Positions 23,791-37,210 of a stretch of 60,000 nt of DNA are shown here, in pieces. The notes beneath the pieces are model-generated. The model made no database searches and was not told the origin of the DNA. It saw nothing but the letters and a program-made list of their open reading frames with translations. The position numbers and the translations under genes were made by a program. The stretch comes from Felis catus (taxonomy: Eukaryota): positions 80,726,001 to 80,786,000 of the forward strand of contig NC_058368.1 of NCBI RefSeq assembly GCF_018350175.1, read 5' to 3'. Each line of letters opens with the position of its first letter. Within the stretch, counting starts at the first letter, position 1.

Positions 23791-25894
23791 ACTCGACCCT
23801 TCCCCCACACCTGGGTGGCCCGGTTCTCCAAGGAAACTGTTCTGTGCCCTCCGCTGCTCTAGGGTAAGCTTCTCTCCAGGGTGTGTGGCTGCCCCCCTGG
23901 AGGGAGCGAGAGCTGCCCTCTGCCCCCGGCCTCGACATGAGACACCCAGGGCCCAGAGGAGGAATGCAGATGCCTGGGGCCACCACATGGGGGTCGCAGG
24001 GCACAACTGGCCTCTCTGGGACAGCGACAATGTCTGAAATTCCATTGGAAATCTATTTTCAAAATTGCTGGATTAATCCTTGAAACTTCTTTCTCTGAAT
24101 TTCCATCTCCGTCTTCGTTTCCCTTTCCGGATGACTTTCTGTATATCCCACCGATCAAATCGGAAAAAAGGCTCCTATTTTGTGTTTTCTGAATGAAGGG
24201 TAGGTCTTTTGTGGCATCCTCCTCTTGTGGATAAAACCAGCATCTATTATCCCATTGATAACTAACTTCCTAAGCAAGTTCCCTCTGCTGCTTTATTCTT
24301 TCTGTTTCCTCTTTGTTAATTTCTTTTCTTTCCTATCTTTCCACTTCTGGATTTCTTGTTGGGGATTTTGTGCACTACCTGGAGATTCTTGGCCCTGGAC
24401 ATCTGTCAGGATGCTCTGTTTGCATAGAGGAGGCTTGTTGGCTGCGTCCGGTGGGGGCACATCTTCCCTGTTGTGACGAATGTAACTCCAGGGAGAGCAG
24501 TGTTCAACCTGCTGATGTCAGCGAAAACTGCCTTCTGTGCTGCTGTTAAGCTGTTTCTTCGTGTTAGAGTTTGCTCCCCAGCCCAACCTGTTCCTTTCTT
24601 GATGTCTACCTAAGAGGGCTACATGTGAAAGATTGTCACTTCTTGTTACAAAGATGCTTCCTGCCTGGAGAATGTGGAACTCTCTCAATGAAAGCCAACA
24701 TGAGTTAACAGAATTAAGGTGTGTGTGACTGCTCGTGCACGTGTGACCGCGTGTGTGTGCGTACGAGTGTGTGTGGGGGGGGTGGGTGGGCACGAGAAGC
24801 AAGAGACAGAATGAGAGGGGAGGGCTCCACGTGGAGGGAGACCCACTAAACAGGTTTACAAAATGCCAACAAGGCTGGAGCGGGAGTGCTAATTTGCCGC
24901 GATGCGTGCAGGCCACTGATAGCAAGTTGGGCCCGTGACATTCTGACACTGTCTCTCAGGAAAGGGAAGGACACAGAGGACGCCCGTGTAATTGGAAAGC
25001 CAGCTGAGATCTGAGGCGGCTGAGGACGGGGAGGAAGCATTCTCTGCACAATGGCGTTGGTTGAAGGTTGTATATAAGGTGGCCTTATTAAAGTGACAAG
25101 GCGATTTAATTCCTTTGTGCACGATGATTCTACTTCATTGATTTACAATGGGAAGGATATAATTTTGCTAGTGTTGGCAAAAAGCTCAAATGTCAGCCTT
25201 TTCAAATTACCATACTTGCCTTGTTCAGGATGAATAATGAATAAGTCACCTTTTGTCTACAGTTAAATATTCTTGAATAAATACAAAGAACATAAAAGAC
25301 ATAAATGATGGCCTGATTTATATTTAAAATAAAGATCAACATTGTGATAAATGGTTGAAAACGCTGTGTGTGTAGCAATATGACTCTCCTGATAATTACA
25401 TTATCGATGAGGGAGCAGCCCAGGTGTAGACGGCGGTTGGGACACACACCGCTCACCTGCGAGGCCACGTCAGGCTGTGGTCCCTAAGGGCTTCGTGAGG
25501 GGCAGCCCGGGGCCCAACAGACCCCCCCCCGTCATGCGCCCCCAAAGTCCATGAAGGGCCGGGAGCCCCGGGACCCCGTGACCCTCGGCGCCAGGAGGCA
25601 CGGAGGCTGATTCACCCGGGGCCGAGGGTGGCTCTCTGTCACCGTTGGGACAGGTTTGTAAGAAATGCTGGACGAGAGCAGGAGAGCAGCCTCATCGGGA
25701 AACTTGGCAAATCTGCGGCTGAACAACTGGCATACCTGTACGGTCAAATTCCGTGCAGCCGCTGGTGGGGCAGGATGTGAGAGCCTCTCCTGATGGACAC
25801 ATGTGCCTGCTTTACTCTCACGAAAAAAGCACGTTCTACTCCAGTGTGAAAAGAAAATCTTATTTTTATTAAAAATGTGTATATATGTGTTGGA

Positions 25895-26328
25895 CTCATT
25901 TTCTCTAGTTTCCTGAAGAAACAGAACCAACAGAATGCGTGTGTGTCTACAGTTAAATAGACATATATGTATACTGTATACGTGTGTTTGAGAGGCAGAT
26001 TTAAGGAATTTGCTCACATGACTGTGGGCCTGGTGAGTCTCAGATGCACAGGGCAGCCTGGAGATTCTGACGAGCTGGTGTTGTGGTTCAATGCCAAAGG
26101 CCGTCGGGCACAATCCCCTCTTCTTGGGGAGACCTCAGTCTTAGCCTTCGCCTGATTGGATGAGCCTCCCCCCCCCCCCAATTACGGAGGGTAATCTCCT
26201 TCACTCAGTCACTGATTTAAATGTTAACCACCCCTAAAAAGTAATTTCATTGAGATTTCCAGACTGACTTTTGACCAAACATCTGGGCCCCGTGGCCTTG
26301 CCAAATTGACATGTGAAATTATCACTAT
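25895..26328 (-). mobile_element. ERVL solo LTR (MLT2B-like)
   Basis: Segments gaaacagaaccaacagaatg, atttaaggaatttgctcacatgactgtggg, ctgattggatgag and the end ccaaattgacatgtgaaattatcacta. Confidence 0.8.
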
Positions 26329-28130
26329 ATATGTACGACTGAAAGAAAACACATCAATGCTTATTTCTGTGTGATTTTTCTTTTCTGTATATTTACATTT
26401 CCTAATTGTTTTTTCAATGAACTAATTGTATTTTTCAATGGAGAACTAATACAACAAAATATGTTTTTTAAAAACCTTGAGTTCCAAATCTGTGTGAAAA
26501 CCACCCGACTCTTGGTACCTCCGGGATCGTGTTCAGCGGTGATACGTTTGGGTGCTGGACATTTTCCCTTTTGCTGTCGGGGAGCTCCTTCTGTCCGCAG
26601 CGCGCTTGCTGGAGCATCATTGCGGAGATGCTGGAGTCTCCTGGAGTCTGGGGGAGGTCGATCTGCTTCCCTGTCCCAGCTCTGCCACTGACATCATGTG
26701 TCCCATCCCTAGACACACCACTCACTTTCTGGGCGTCCACGTCCTCATGCATCAGTGGAGGTGTGAAGAGAGGGAGCGTTTGAGGGTCCTGATGATGGTG
26801 GGGTGAACTGAACTGGCGTTAGGCGGGCTGAGCTCCGTGGTGCCAAGCCCCGCACGGCGTGTGGAGTTGTACTGAAAACCAGATCTGGTCTGCGTCCCTC
26901 ACGCCTTTTGAGCGTCCTGCTGGACATCCACGTAGGCGGGAAGATGGTGGGTCCTGAGGCTGCCCCAGCCTCCGTGCGCACGCGGTGCGTTTCTGCACAC
27001 CATCAGTGTCACTTATTTTCTCCCTGAGGGTGCAGCTGCAAAGGAGACTGAGGAGACTGTGTCCTGGCTCGCGTCTGGGATTTCCCGGGACCCACTGCAG
27101 AACGTGAGTGGGGCCTGGCCGCGTGGGCACACCGCCCTTCCACGCGGGCTCGCTGCGACCGCCTCGCGTCTTCTGCGCACGGGGTCTGGGCGTACACGTT
27201 ACCTTACTGTGCGTTGCTCATATTTCTGATTTACGTTGTAGTTACCGTTCTCTGCATGTTGAAACTTAGAAGTAGAAAGACCCTGCGTCCATACTTTTTG
27301 CTTTGGAACAGTACAGGGGCCGCTGCCACTCCGGTCAGTTGGCGGAGAGCCACCCAGACGTTCCGTAAAACATTCCGATTCCACAGTTCTGTTTTAGAAC
27401 GACCGGAAACACTACACGTGTGTCCTCAGTTTTCTTAGGAGACCGTGTGTTTCCTACTTTCCTTTGTCCATATTTGCAGTGGAGAAAGAAGCTCTGGGGG
27501 CCCCCTGTTTCCTTCTACCTCCGCCCCCAGGTCCTGACCCAAGAGGGCCTCATCACTGGCTGGATTGTCGAGGCCCCCTTGTGGGGTCTGGATTACTTCC
27601 GCTGCCCATCTCCACCGCGCTCCTCACACGGCCTCAGACACCCCTGTCCCGGGTGCAGTGAAGATCAGTCTGCTCGATCAGGGACCACAGGTCCTGACCC
27701 AAGGTTGGGTCGGGTTCCGTTGCACACTTGTAGCTGCTCTTGGTTTTTCTTTGTCGCGCAGAGGCTGTGCACATGTCACGGCTTGTGACGATTGTTTAGT
27801 GCCCCACCACAGGCATCCCCCTGCCTGGCCTCCCTTCTGTCCCCACACCCAGCCCGGCTCTGCCACACACAGTGGGTGCCGGTCACATGAATGCAGTGGG
27901 CACAGGAACCAAAAGGCTGCTTCACGCTTCTCTCTCGGTCGCAGTGCCTCCCCTAGGGGACTGAGGTCATTCCATCCCTCTCCTGTGTGAACACACCTCA
28001 CGCAGAGGGACCGTCCCTCGCTGCTCCCTGCACGCCCTCCATCCATTACCTTGATGTTGCAGACAGACATGCAGAAGGTGTTCTCTTCTGTGCGAGGCCA
28101 TCATTTACCCTGAGGTGCCCGTGAGGAGAA

Positions 28131-28275
28131 CGTGTGTGTGTGTGCCTGAGCGTGTGTGCATGTGTAGCAGTGTGAGCACGCGTGTACGTGGGTCTTTGAG
28201 TGTCGGTGTGCGTGTGTACGTGTGTCCGAGCGTGCACGTGAGTGTGTATGTGTGTGCACCAGTGTGAGCGTGTCG
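28131..28275. repeat. Degenerate (TG/CG)n alternating tract
   Basis: cgtgtgtgtgtgtgcctgagcgtgtgtgcatgtg...gcacgcgtgtacgtg... Confidence 0.85.
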
Positions 28276-29917
28276 GGGGGGGGGGGCAGCGCATGTGTGC
28301 AGGAAGGAGTCACTCACAGGGTCAGGCCCGGCCCAGCAGGAGCACGAGGACTCAGGACGCAGGCACAGACGGGACGCTGCGGAGGGAGGTCTGTGGCCCA
28401 GTTGGAGGAGAGGTGAGTGGGTCATGGGGGGGGTGCGTTCAGGAGGTCTGCTGGGGGCCGGGCGCCCTCAAGGCCCTGGGTTCCTTCTCTGCTCGCTCTG
28501 GTGCTGGAGACGGTTTTCCTGGTGCGAGAGCTGGTTTCTCTCGGAAAGCCGAGCCAGCCACAGGAGGCCTGGTATCTGTGCACGTGTTCTGGGCACCTGT
28601 TCCCCCCCTGGGAGGACAGCAGGGGAGGTGTCCTGAGTGGAAGACAGTGCTCAGTCCTCGTTTCCACAGGAGGCGTGGGAGAGTCACCAGGAGCAGAGCA
28701 GGACACCCAATGTGCCAGGTTCCGCACAGGTGAGCCACCAGTGGTCCCCAGTGCTGGCCCCCCGGCTTCTGCCTCATCCTGTCGCTGGATGTCACATCTG
28801 GAGCAGGTGAGGCCAGTGCTCTGTGACGTGTTCCTGGCAGAGCTACAGACGTGCCAGGCTGGGAAAGCCCGAGAAGCAGCCTACTCCCTCTAGATGGGGT
28901 GGGGAGCCCGGCTCCCAGGAAGAGTGTAGACCAGACAGCCCAGCCCGCTTGGGGAACCCAGCTTCTCAGAGCTGGGGCAGAAGGGGGTGTGGCCGGCAGC
29001 TGCCTCGTAAGGACACAGTTCTAGTGCAGAGAGGGGGGTGCACTCCCGCCCCCCCTGGAGCTCCCCATGGTGGCCGTGCCGTGGGGTCAGACTCTGGACC
29101 CGGTGGGCAGGAAGGGCAGCACACTGGGTATAAGGGGACAGGCTGCCCAGGCCCCAGTGAGGAGCCCCTGTGCCCCTGAGGGACAGTGACAGCCACGTGA
29201 AACAGCCCAGTGGCCAGTGTGGAGCCAGGCAGCTCTGTGGGGACAGGGCTGCTGCTTTGTACAGAAATGGGAATGTGTCAGCCCCAGGTCGGGGGAGAAG
29301 CCTCGTCCTGTCTGCTTCCTTCCTTGTCCTAGTATTTTATTCAGGACGAGTGTAAGTGGAGAAGGGAAAACCGGGTTAATACTCCCTCTGGGAATGTGCG
29401 TGAGGGCTCCCTGCTGGCAGACAGCACTGCACAAGCTAACAGAAGCCCAAGGTCGCCAGGCTGTCCACTGGGGCGCCGCTGGGCAGGGCAGGTGCTGTGG
29501 CTCCAGACACCAGGGTGCGCCTCTCTGTGTTCTGTGCCTGCTCCTGGGAAGGTCCCTGGAAAGCAGTTTAGCCTTTTCTTTGTGCGATCATGCTGACCCA
29601 CGGAAGCACTGATGAATCGGTTTTCATTCAAGTGTGATAGTGTGGTCGTTGCAGGACTGACAGCTGTGGAGCACCGTGGTGGCGGGCGCTTTGCAAACGG
29701 GAGTGAGCCTTCTCCACTTTCCCGGGGCCCAGGGGCATTGCCCAGGGTGCTCCACGTCGACGAAAAGCGAGGAAGGGGCTTGTTGGAGACTTGCTCATCT
29801 TGCTTGTGGCCTGCTTAAAGCAGCTGCCTTTTGTGCAGGAAGAACGACAGGTGTTTGCAGACAGCGGAGCAGGTGTCCTGGAGAGACATTCTCCAGCACC
29901 TAGAATCTGCATGCATT

Positions 29918-30096
29918 AAAAAGTTTTTTTAATATTTTATTTTTGAGAGAGAGCAGGGGAGGGGCAGAGTCTGAAGCAGGCTCCAGGCTCTGAGCTGTCA
30001 TTACGGAGCCCGATGCGGGGCTCGAACCCACAAACCGTGAGATCATGACCTGAGCCGAAGTCAGATGCTTAACCGACTGAGCCACCCAGGTGCCCT
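29918..30096 (-). mobile_element. Felid CAN-SINE with perfect 15 bp TSD and shortened CT region
   Basis: TSD gaatctgcatgcatt at 29903-29917 and 30097-30111. Confidence 0.96.
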
Positions 30097-30359
30097 GAAT
30101 CTGCATGCATTTTGAGAGGGTGCCTGGGTGAAGGCAGAGGCTCTCAAATTGGAAATTGCCTTGCTCTTGCTAAACCCAGATGCCAGCGCCCACCCCCCAA
30201 CGTGTTTCTATCTCTAGAGAACCGAGGCTGCTCACTTGACCTTTTCTGCCTCTCAGAAGACAAGTTTGCAATATGCTCAGCGCTGAGTCTGTAATAGGAA
30301 ATGCCCAGGACTGTGGATTTCAGGGTGTGTGCTGTGCGAGATGCTGAAATGTGGCTGTG

Positions 30360-30360
<1 letters not shown>

Positions 30361-30398
<38 letters not shown>
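30361..30398. repeat. (TG)n microsatellite
   Basis: Perfect TG run of ~18 units. Confidence 0.97.
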
Positions 30399-30400
<2 letters not shown>

Positions 30401-31074
30401 TGAGACGCTGCAGGGTTGCTGACAGTGGGGTGGTACTTGGACCGCCTTCCTTGTGTCACTCCACCTGCCTCTCTGCCGAGAGCTGCTGGCCGGGCCAGGG
30501 CCAGGCTCCAGTCGGCGGGACAGGTAGCGTCCCAGCCCGGACCACAGAAGGCGCATGAGGCTAGGGTCGGGCTAGGGCTCTCCCCTGGGGACCAGGTGGT
30601 GTGAAAAGGCTGCCGTTCTCACTGTCGCTGCAGGTTACATCCATCCTGGGGAATATGAACGTGCCCGTCACACGTGAAAACAATCCTTTCTGCCTCTGTG
30701 CCTCTCTTCCTTCCCAAATGTCGAGCTGCTGTGCAGACACGTGTCACTCTGGCCCGGTCCCTGAGAGAAGAGGTATTTGGCAGGACTCATGCTGCTTTCA
30801 CAGATGGAAAATTCGGGGCGTGAAGTTAGGATGCGTTCCGCTCGCCTCTGTGGCTGCATCAGAATTGGACACAGGACATCCAGCACCGGCTGGACTGAAG
30901 CTGTGCCATGTGACTTGGGTGCAAAAGAAGCTGAACAGGGCGGTGATTCCTGATGAATGCAGCGGTGAGGTCACGGAGGACATGCGGGCGCGGAGACCGA
31001 AGGCCCCGCGTGAGCTTCACCGACTTCCTTGTTGGCAGCTGAGACCGGACCAGCGTGGCCTCGATGCCAGACCC

Positions 31075-31205
31075 CTTTACTGCTTCATTAACCCTCTGAC
31101 CAGCCCCCGAGATAGTACAGCTTGTCACCCTCACCTCCCAGTGTGAACCAGAAGGAACAGAGAGGCTAAGAGACTTCCCCACGGCCACACAGTGCAGGAT
31201 TCCTA
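31075..31205 (-). mobile_element. MIR fragment
   Basis: ttcattaaccctctgaccagcccccgagatag...gaacagagaggctaagagacttcccacggccacacag resembles the antisense MIR core. Confidence 0.55.
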
Positions 31206-34200
31206 TTCCACTGTCTCCACGACCGCCCTCTCTGCCGCTCTGCCTGAGGCCGGACTGGTCGGAAAGACACCACTGGGTGTGTGTCTCTGAATCCCCCCAG
31301 TTGGGGGTGGGGCTGGTGGCCGAGGCAAGTGGACGCAGTGTTCCGTGGGGGACACGTGCTCGAGAAACCGAGAAGGAGGTCTGAGCAGAGCCCCTGCCCA
31401 GATGGGAGTGGGTGCTGGACCCAGCCATTTCCCTGTCAGCTCTGGAGTCTAAGACAAGCCCTTAGAGAGCTGTGACTGTGTTTGACTATGTCTAATGATT
31501 TTGCAAGAAGGGGGTCAAGATGGGCACTGGTGTCCTGGGAGGAGAATGGTGGGGCAATGGGATTGAGAGCGAGTTTTCTGCTGGTTCCTCATCCCATCAA
31601 GACTGTGGGCCCATCTGATCAAGACCATGACTTCCTCTGAACTGGATCTGCAGCGTGTCCTTGGTTGGCAAGGCTGGAGAACGCCGGGAGCCACGTCTGC
31701 TGGGTGCTGGCCTGCGGCAGGGTCCCTCCCTCAAGTGCAGGCTCCCGGGCCCAGCGGCCGGTGCACACTCCCCCTTTCTGGGCAGAACGCCGTCTGTCCA
31801 CACATAACCAGCCCAGATGGAACTCGTGACATCATCTCATGGAACCGAACTGTGCTTGGGGCACTTTGCCCAAGTGAACCGTGGTTGTATTTACCGTGCT
31901 GGTCGCAGATGCCGCGTCTGAAGTCACCCGGGAAGCGGGCAGAGAGCTGACGGGAGCAGGTACGGCGTGCGTGGGTCCTGCCTGCGGGCTGCACCAGCCA
32001 GGGTGTTTTCTGGGCTTCGCGGACTTCTCTGGTATTCTCACTCCGCTTTGCGATTTGGAGGTGCCGTAGTCTTTCATGAGTATCACTCAGATGCAGCTAA
32101 AACCCCTCATCTCTGGAGTGCGAACTGGGTGCCCTCGACTTTTCTCTCTGCAAAACGGTGAACCTTTCGTCATACCAGATGCATTCTAAAATATCTGATG
32201 TATTCAGTTTTAATGCAAAAGAGATTTAATGGAAGAACTTTTGTTTTATCTGAGGAAAAAAAAAGCTTTGTCTACCGTTGAGAGTTTCTGGTTTCATTCG
32301 TTGGACAGAAAGCTGTAAAATCCCTTCCTTCTGCCATAATAGGCTTAATGCACTTGAAGAATAAACGTGGGGTCCCGAGCCTCCTTTGTGCCTCACTCAG
32401 CCTTTGCTGGCGTGTCCCTTCTGATCTTTTGTATACCCAGTCCCTTTTTTCTATTTAAAAAACCTTCACCCAAATACCCATCAAATGCGACTGCATTAAA
32501 TATAAATACATCCTCCCTCAATTGTCTACAAAGCTGTGCTCAGCGGCTCTGCCAGGAAAATGCAAAGCCAACCTTTTAAAGCCTTCTTTGAAAACCCGGA
32601 GGAAAATTACTCCCAGACTCTGTTGATTTCATAAATAAGTAAAAGAAAAAAAATAACTTAAATGCATAAAACAAAAATCGACCCCACTGGCCTGAGCTTT
32701 TATTCCGGGTTTACAGGCAAGAACATCCAGAAGAGACCCCCACCTCCTCTCTGCTGCCTCCACCACCACACACTGCCCGTCGAGCAGCTCTCCACACCGG
32801 GCCCTGCCCTCCGCCCTCCCTGCGGCCCCACGCAGCCTAGAGGCTGTGGGGGTCCTCCGTTTACAGCATTCGTGGCAGATTGAAAAGGGGTCTTCTCCTC
32901 CCGCTGCAACACCCTTTTAACCAGAGCCGGCGCGCGGCTCTGTCTGTGGTGTGCACCTGGGCTGTGTCCGCGGTTTGCTGTGGCTGCCAGAACCAGGCGG
33001 GGCCGTCCCTGTCCCCGCCCTGAGCCCCTGCCTCAGGGAGTCATGGCTGTCCTCCCCTCCCAGGACACCGCTGGCCCTGGGAACAGGCCCAGGCTCGCCC
33101 GCTGGAGCCTGAGACGCGGGGCCCTGCCTCGAGCAGCCAACCTGCACACCAGAGCTCGCTGGTGGCCTCGGACTGCAGGTGTCGTGGGGCCCTGCCTCGC
33201 TCGGGCCGCGGACCCGCAGAAGCAGAGCCTAAAAGGCAGCTGTTGTGTCGGGCGGGCTTTGTTATTCAGCAGAACCTGAGGGTGACAGGCCGCCCTCTGT
33301 GTGCCTGGTTTACCGGGGACAGTGAGTGGGGTTCGCTGACATGCTCCCATGGAGGTGGGTAATGGGTCCCCACTGGTCTGCCATCATACCACCTAGGACC
33401 TCCTGGGGCAGCTGGAGGAGTAAGAACCAGAGAGCAGGCTCCCAGGCCCCACATTGGACCCAACGTCTCCCTGATTTGATTGGTCTGTGCCCTTGTTAAG
33501 TATTCTGAGCGTCGCCCCCGCCATAGTGGACCGCTGGGCTGTGCCCTCAGCCTCTGGCGCCTCCCAAGCCCCATCACCCCGCTTCTCAAGCCCGGTGGAA
33601 CACGAGCTCAGCACTTCGCAGAGGCCAGTGAGGGAAATGCTTGTTTCTGTTGGGGCTGAGGCAGCTGGGCCGGGTGGGTTCAACACAGGTCCTGTCCCCA
33701 GGCCAATCCTGGCTCATACCTGTAGCCTGGTGTGATTATTAGTAGTCTCCTACTCGGGAGACAAGGACATGGTCACCATGCCCTAGAGAAAGCCTCTCAA
33801 ATCTAGTGGGGCCAGGAGGGTGCAGGACAGGGCTTCACGGGAGGTCTCTTGGGTTGGGCGTGGGGTTTGGACGTTCCAGTCGGAGTCACGCTGCTGGCTT
33901 GCGTGTGGGAGTCCTCGGTTTCCTCGCCTGTGAAATGGGGATGATGGTTCAGTGACTTGTGACTGGGGTGCTGGGCTCAGCCGGTAGATGCTCTGCTCCT
34001 GCTGAATGGCACAGAGGGAGGCCTGGGCTGGGACCTGGGCTCAGCACTGATGTCTCTGTGGACGGAGGAGACCGTGAGGTGCGTTGGCCGACCCGTTTGG
34101 TTCTCTCCCAGCTGTCCAGAACCGCACCTGTGGGTGGGCTCTGTGGCGTCCTCTCTAGCTGCTTTGAGGCCAGACTCTGGGGAAGCCAGACATCTTCTGT

Positions 34201-35699
34201 CCTTACTCCTGGAGACGCTGTCCATGGTGCCCACCCCCTTCAGACAGTCCCCGACCGCAGCCTTCCTGTGAGCCAACTGCCCTTTGCTGTTTTCTTCCCT
34301 GTTTTCCCTCTAGAATATTCCTCCCTCTGACGGTGTCTCTTTTGTCCACGTTGTGAAGGGGCTCTCCGACCTTGTACTCTAGCTGAGAGCTCTGCCTTCC
34401 CATCGAAAACCCTTCAGCACTATTGATTCGCTTGCCTTGATTTGGGCAAGAACACAGAACAAGAACACAGAACAGCTCTGAGACTTCCTTCCTAACCGCG
34501 TGTGAGGGCAGGTGGGTGCGTGCGTGTGCGTGCGTGACGAAAATGAACTTGGTGTCCACACATCGTTCTAGCGATTCTGCACCAGCTAACAGTTAACTCA
34601 CGGCGTTTCTTGTGCCAAGTCTGGCTTATGAGGGTGGCTTTGACTTTGGGGAGTAATACTTTGATTTCTATAGGAGGAAAGATGTTTTCATTTTGGAGCC
34701 CTGTCTTCTCTGCTGGCTGGACTCTTTGTACCACACGTCCATTAAAGGACCAGCATGCTATGTGCTCAGCTGACTTCGGCCGCTCTCCTTGGCCCTCAGC
34801 CGCCGGGAGCCCCTCGGTCTTTCTCTGGCCTTCAGGGAAGCTCTCATTCTCTCGCTTTCTTATATCGGACCTTTATTTCCCTTTGCCCTTCTCCTTCCGA
34901 ATGCCTGTGCCGCTCCTGGTGTACTGGCCCAGCAGGCACAGTGGATCCGCATTCAGGCAGAATCTGCACTCAGGTGTGACCCACAGGGCCAGGTGGACCC
35001 AAGGTGAGGTCACATTGCCACACCTGCCCCGCTCCCCCCTCCGGAGGCCCAGTGAAGCTCCACTGATGATCCGGGCACGCGCTGGAAGGCTCGAGACCGT
35101 GCAGGATACAAATCCTGGGAGGACTTTACTGGAAGGAGTGTGAGGTCTCCAGGCCCTTTCCTGAAATAACGCGTTCCACTTAGGGGTCTGGTCTGCACGG
35201 GTCAAACAGGTATAAATGTATAAATGTGACTTAGGTACCTCCACATCCGGAGGGAGCGTGTGGCTTGGTGACCGTCCTGGTCCACGACTCTTGGGCTCCC
35301 ACGCTTACCAGAAGAGGCCTTGTCAGGACAGTTCGCTTATCCCGAGCTAGACTGTGGTCCCATCTGTGTGGAGGCAGGTCTGGGCAGTGGGGAGCCGGGT
35401 CTCCCTCTCAGCTTCCTCAGGTGTGAGTGTGGGGAGCGCCTGCCCAGGCATCAGAGGTTAGTGCGGTGGGGGGAGGAGAGGGGAGGGGAGGGAGCCACCT
35501 GGCTGTCACGTCTGGGGATTTCTAAGGCAGAGCTTGCACCCGAGCAGGTTTTGGGGTGACTCTCTCGGGAATCTCCCGGCTGCTATGTCTCAGTAGCCAT
35601 GCAAGCCCTCCGCACTCAGACCCCCTTCTCCGAAATGGGGGAACGGTGGCCCCCACTCTGCAGAATCGCTGTGGGAGTCAAGGGCTGAGACACGAACAG

Positions 35700-36072
35700 C
35701 TCCCACAGCACAGGGTGCCAAGATTCCTGGTGACGGTGCTCTGAGTGTGCCCAGGAGGGTGTTTCTGGACATCCTGACAGGATGGGAGTGTTGGGACTGC
35801 GCGAGCGAGGCAGCTCTACGGGGTCTGCCTGGGGCCAATAGGATGGCAGCTCGCACCTTCCCTCTGCTGATGGTGGAGCCGGGACATGCGTCTGCCCCTG
35901 CCTCAGCCCTGCTTCCTCCCAGGCCTCAGACCTGCACCGCGGGCTCTCCCGGGGCTCCAGCCTGCAGAAGGCGGGTAGGAGGTGGACCTCAGCCTCCATG
36001 GTGGTGTGAGCTGAGACCTGGGGACAAGTCTCTGTCTCTGTCCTGTTGGTTCTGGAGAAACTCGACCGGTAC
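35700..36072 (+). mobile_element. Degraded MLT2 LTR, GC-shifted
   Basis: Segments agggtgccaagat, gagggtgtttctgga, ggagccgggacatgcgtctgcccctgcc, ctcagcctccatggtggtgtgagc and tcctgttggttctggagaaactcgac. Confidence 0.6.
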
Positions 36073-36569
36073 TCGCTAGGGCTCACCTCTGCACGTGATG
36101 GGCACTACCACCATGGCCTTAGCTCTCACTCACCTGCCCAGCCGGGGCGCCTCACCCCTTTCCAGCCAATATGTGATGGGAATGACCACCAAGTGGGGGA
36201 CGTGCCAGCCAGTGTTTGCATTTAGAGGGGATCTAGTCTCAGGCCCCATACTTATCATACAGGCCGGGCCTCATCGTGACGACCACGGTGTGACCTGGAA
36301 GAGGGACGTAGGCAGGTGGCCCTGGGTCAGCCATGCTGGGTCTGGAGGTGCTGACGAGGCAGGCCCCCGCACAGGAGAGGACAGGCCGTGAGAAATAACC
36401 CCAACGCAAAGCGGCTCCTCCCCTGACTCGTCTGCTTGAGCTACCTCTGCTCCTCCCACCCTCAGCCTCACGCTCCTGAAAGTTCCAGGCGAGGCCAGCC
36501 TTGCCAACATCCCAGAGAGGCTGCAAAGCAACCCTGCGACTGGTGGACGGTGCTGGGCATGCCGCCCTA

Positions 36570-37210
36570 GTGGGGTATAGTGGGTGCGCATTTGGTCTTT
36601 GCCCCCAGGGCCTGGCATAGAAATCCTAACACGCTAGAATTTCCCCGGGAGGTCATTTGTTATTCATTACGAGCCCTCGCCACACTTGAGTTTATGAGCT
36701 GATTCCTGTCCCCTGGAAGCAACTGGCCTGTGGAAGGGTTGGGACTTCAGCTTCCCCCCTGAACTCCTGGGAGGGGACGGGGTTGGAGATTGAGGCCAGT
36801 CGGTCAGACTCCAGATAGAAACCCTGGACCTGAAGTTCTGAGAGCTGCCTGGCGGTGGATGCGTTGATGGTTCGGGAGGGCGGCCTGCCTGGCAACAGCA
36901 CGCGTGCCCGCTGTCCCCTGACCTTGCACTGAGGGTGCGTTTTCATCTGGCTATTTATTTGTATCCTTTATAACAATGCAGTAATCCTAAACAGTGTTTT
37001 CCCGAGTTACAGGAGCTGTTCTAGTGGGTCACCGAACCTGAACGGACCCCCAAATTTGTCCCTAGTGGAGCACAGTGCTGGAGGTCTAGGGACCCGGACC
37101 TTGGGACTAGCCTCGGAAAGGGCTAGCTGTCTTGTGGGACTGAGCCAACTGGGAAGTTAGTGTCAGAAATGGATCGAATGAGAAGACAGGGAGTCGGCAG
37201 GAGAAAACTA
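36570..37210 (+). mobile_element. MER21-like LTR
   Basis: Segments ttggtctttgcccccagggcctggcatagaaatcctaa, gggttgggacttcagc, catctggctatttatttgtatcctttataac, cttgtgggactgagcc and agttagtgtcagaa. Confidence 0.7.

Noticed and set aside
34448..34474. Four AGAACA steroid-receptor half-sites
   Set aside because: They arise from a 13 bp tandem duplication (aagaacacagaac x2). Spacing is 0-1 nt direct, not the IR3/DR3 of functional response elements.
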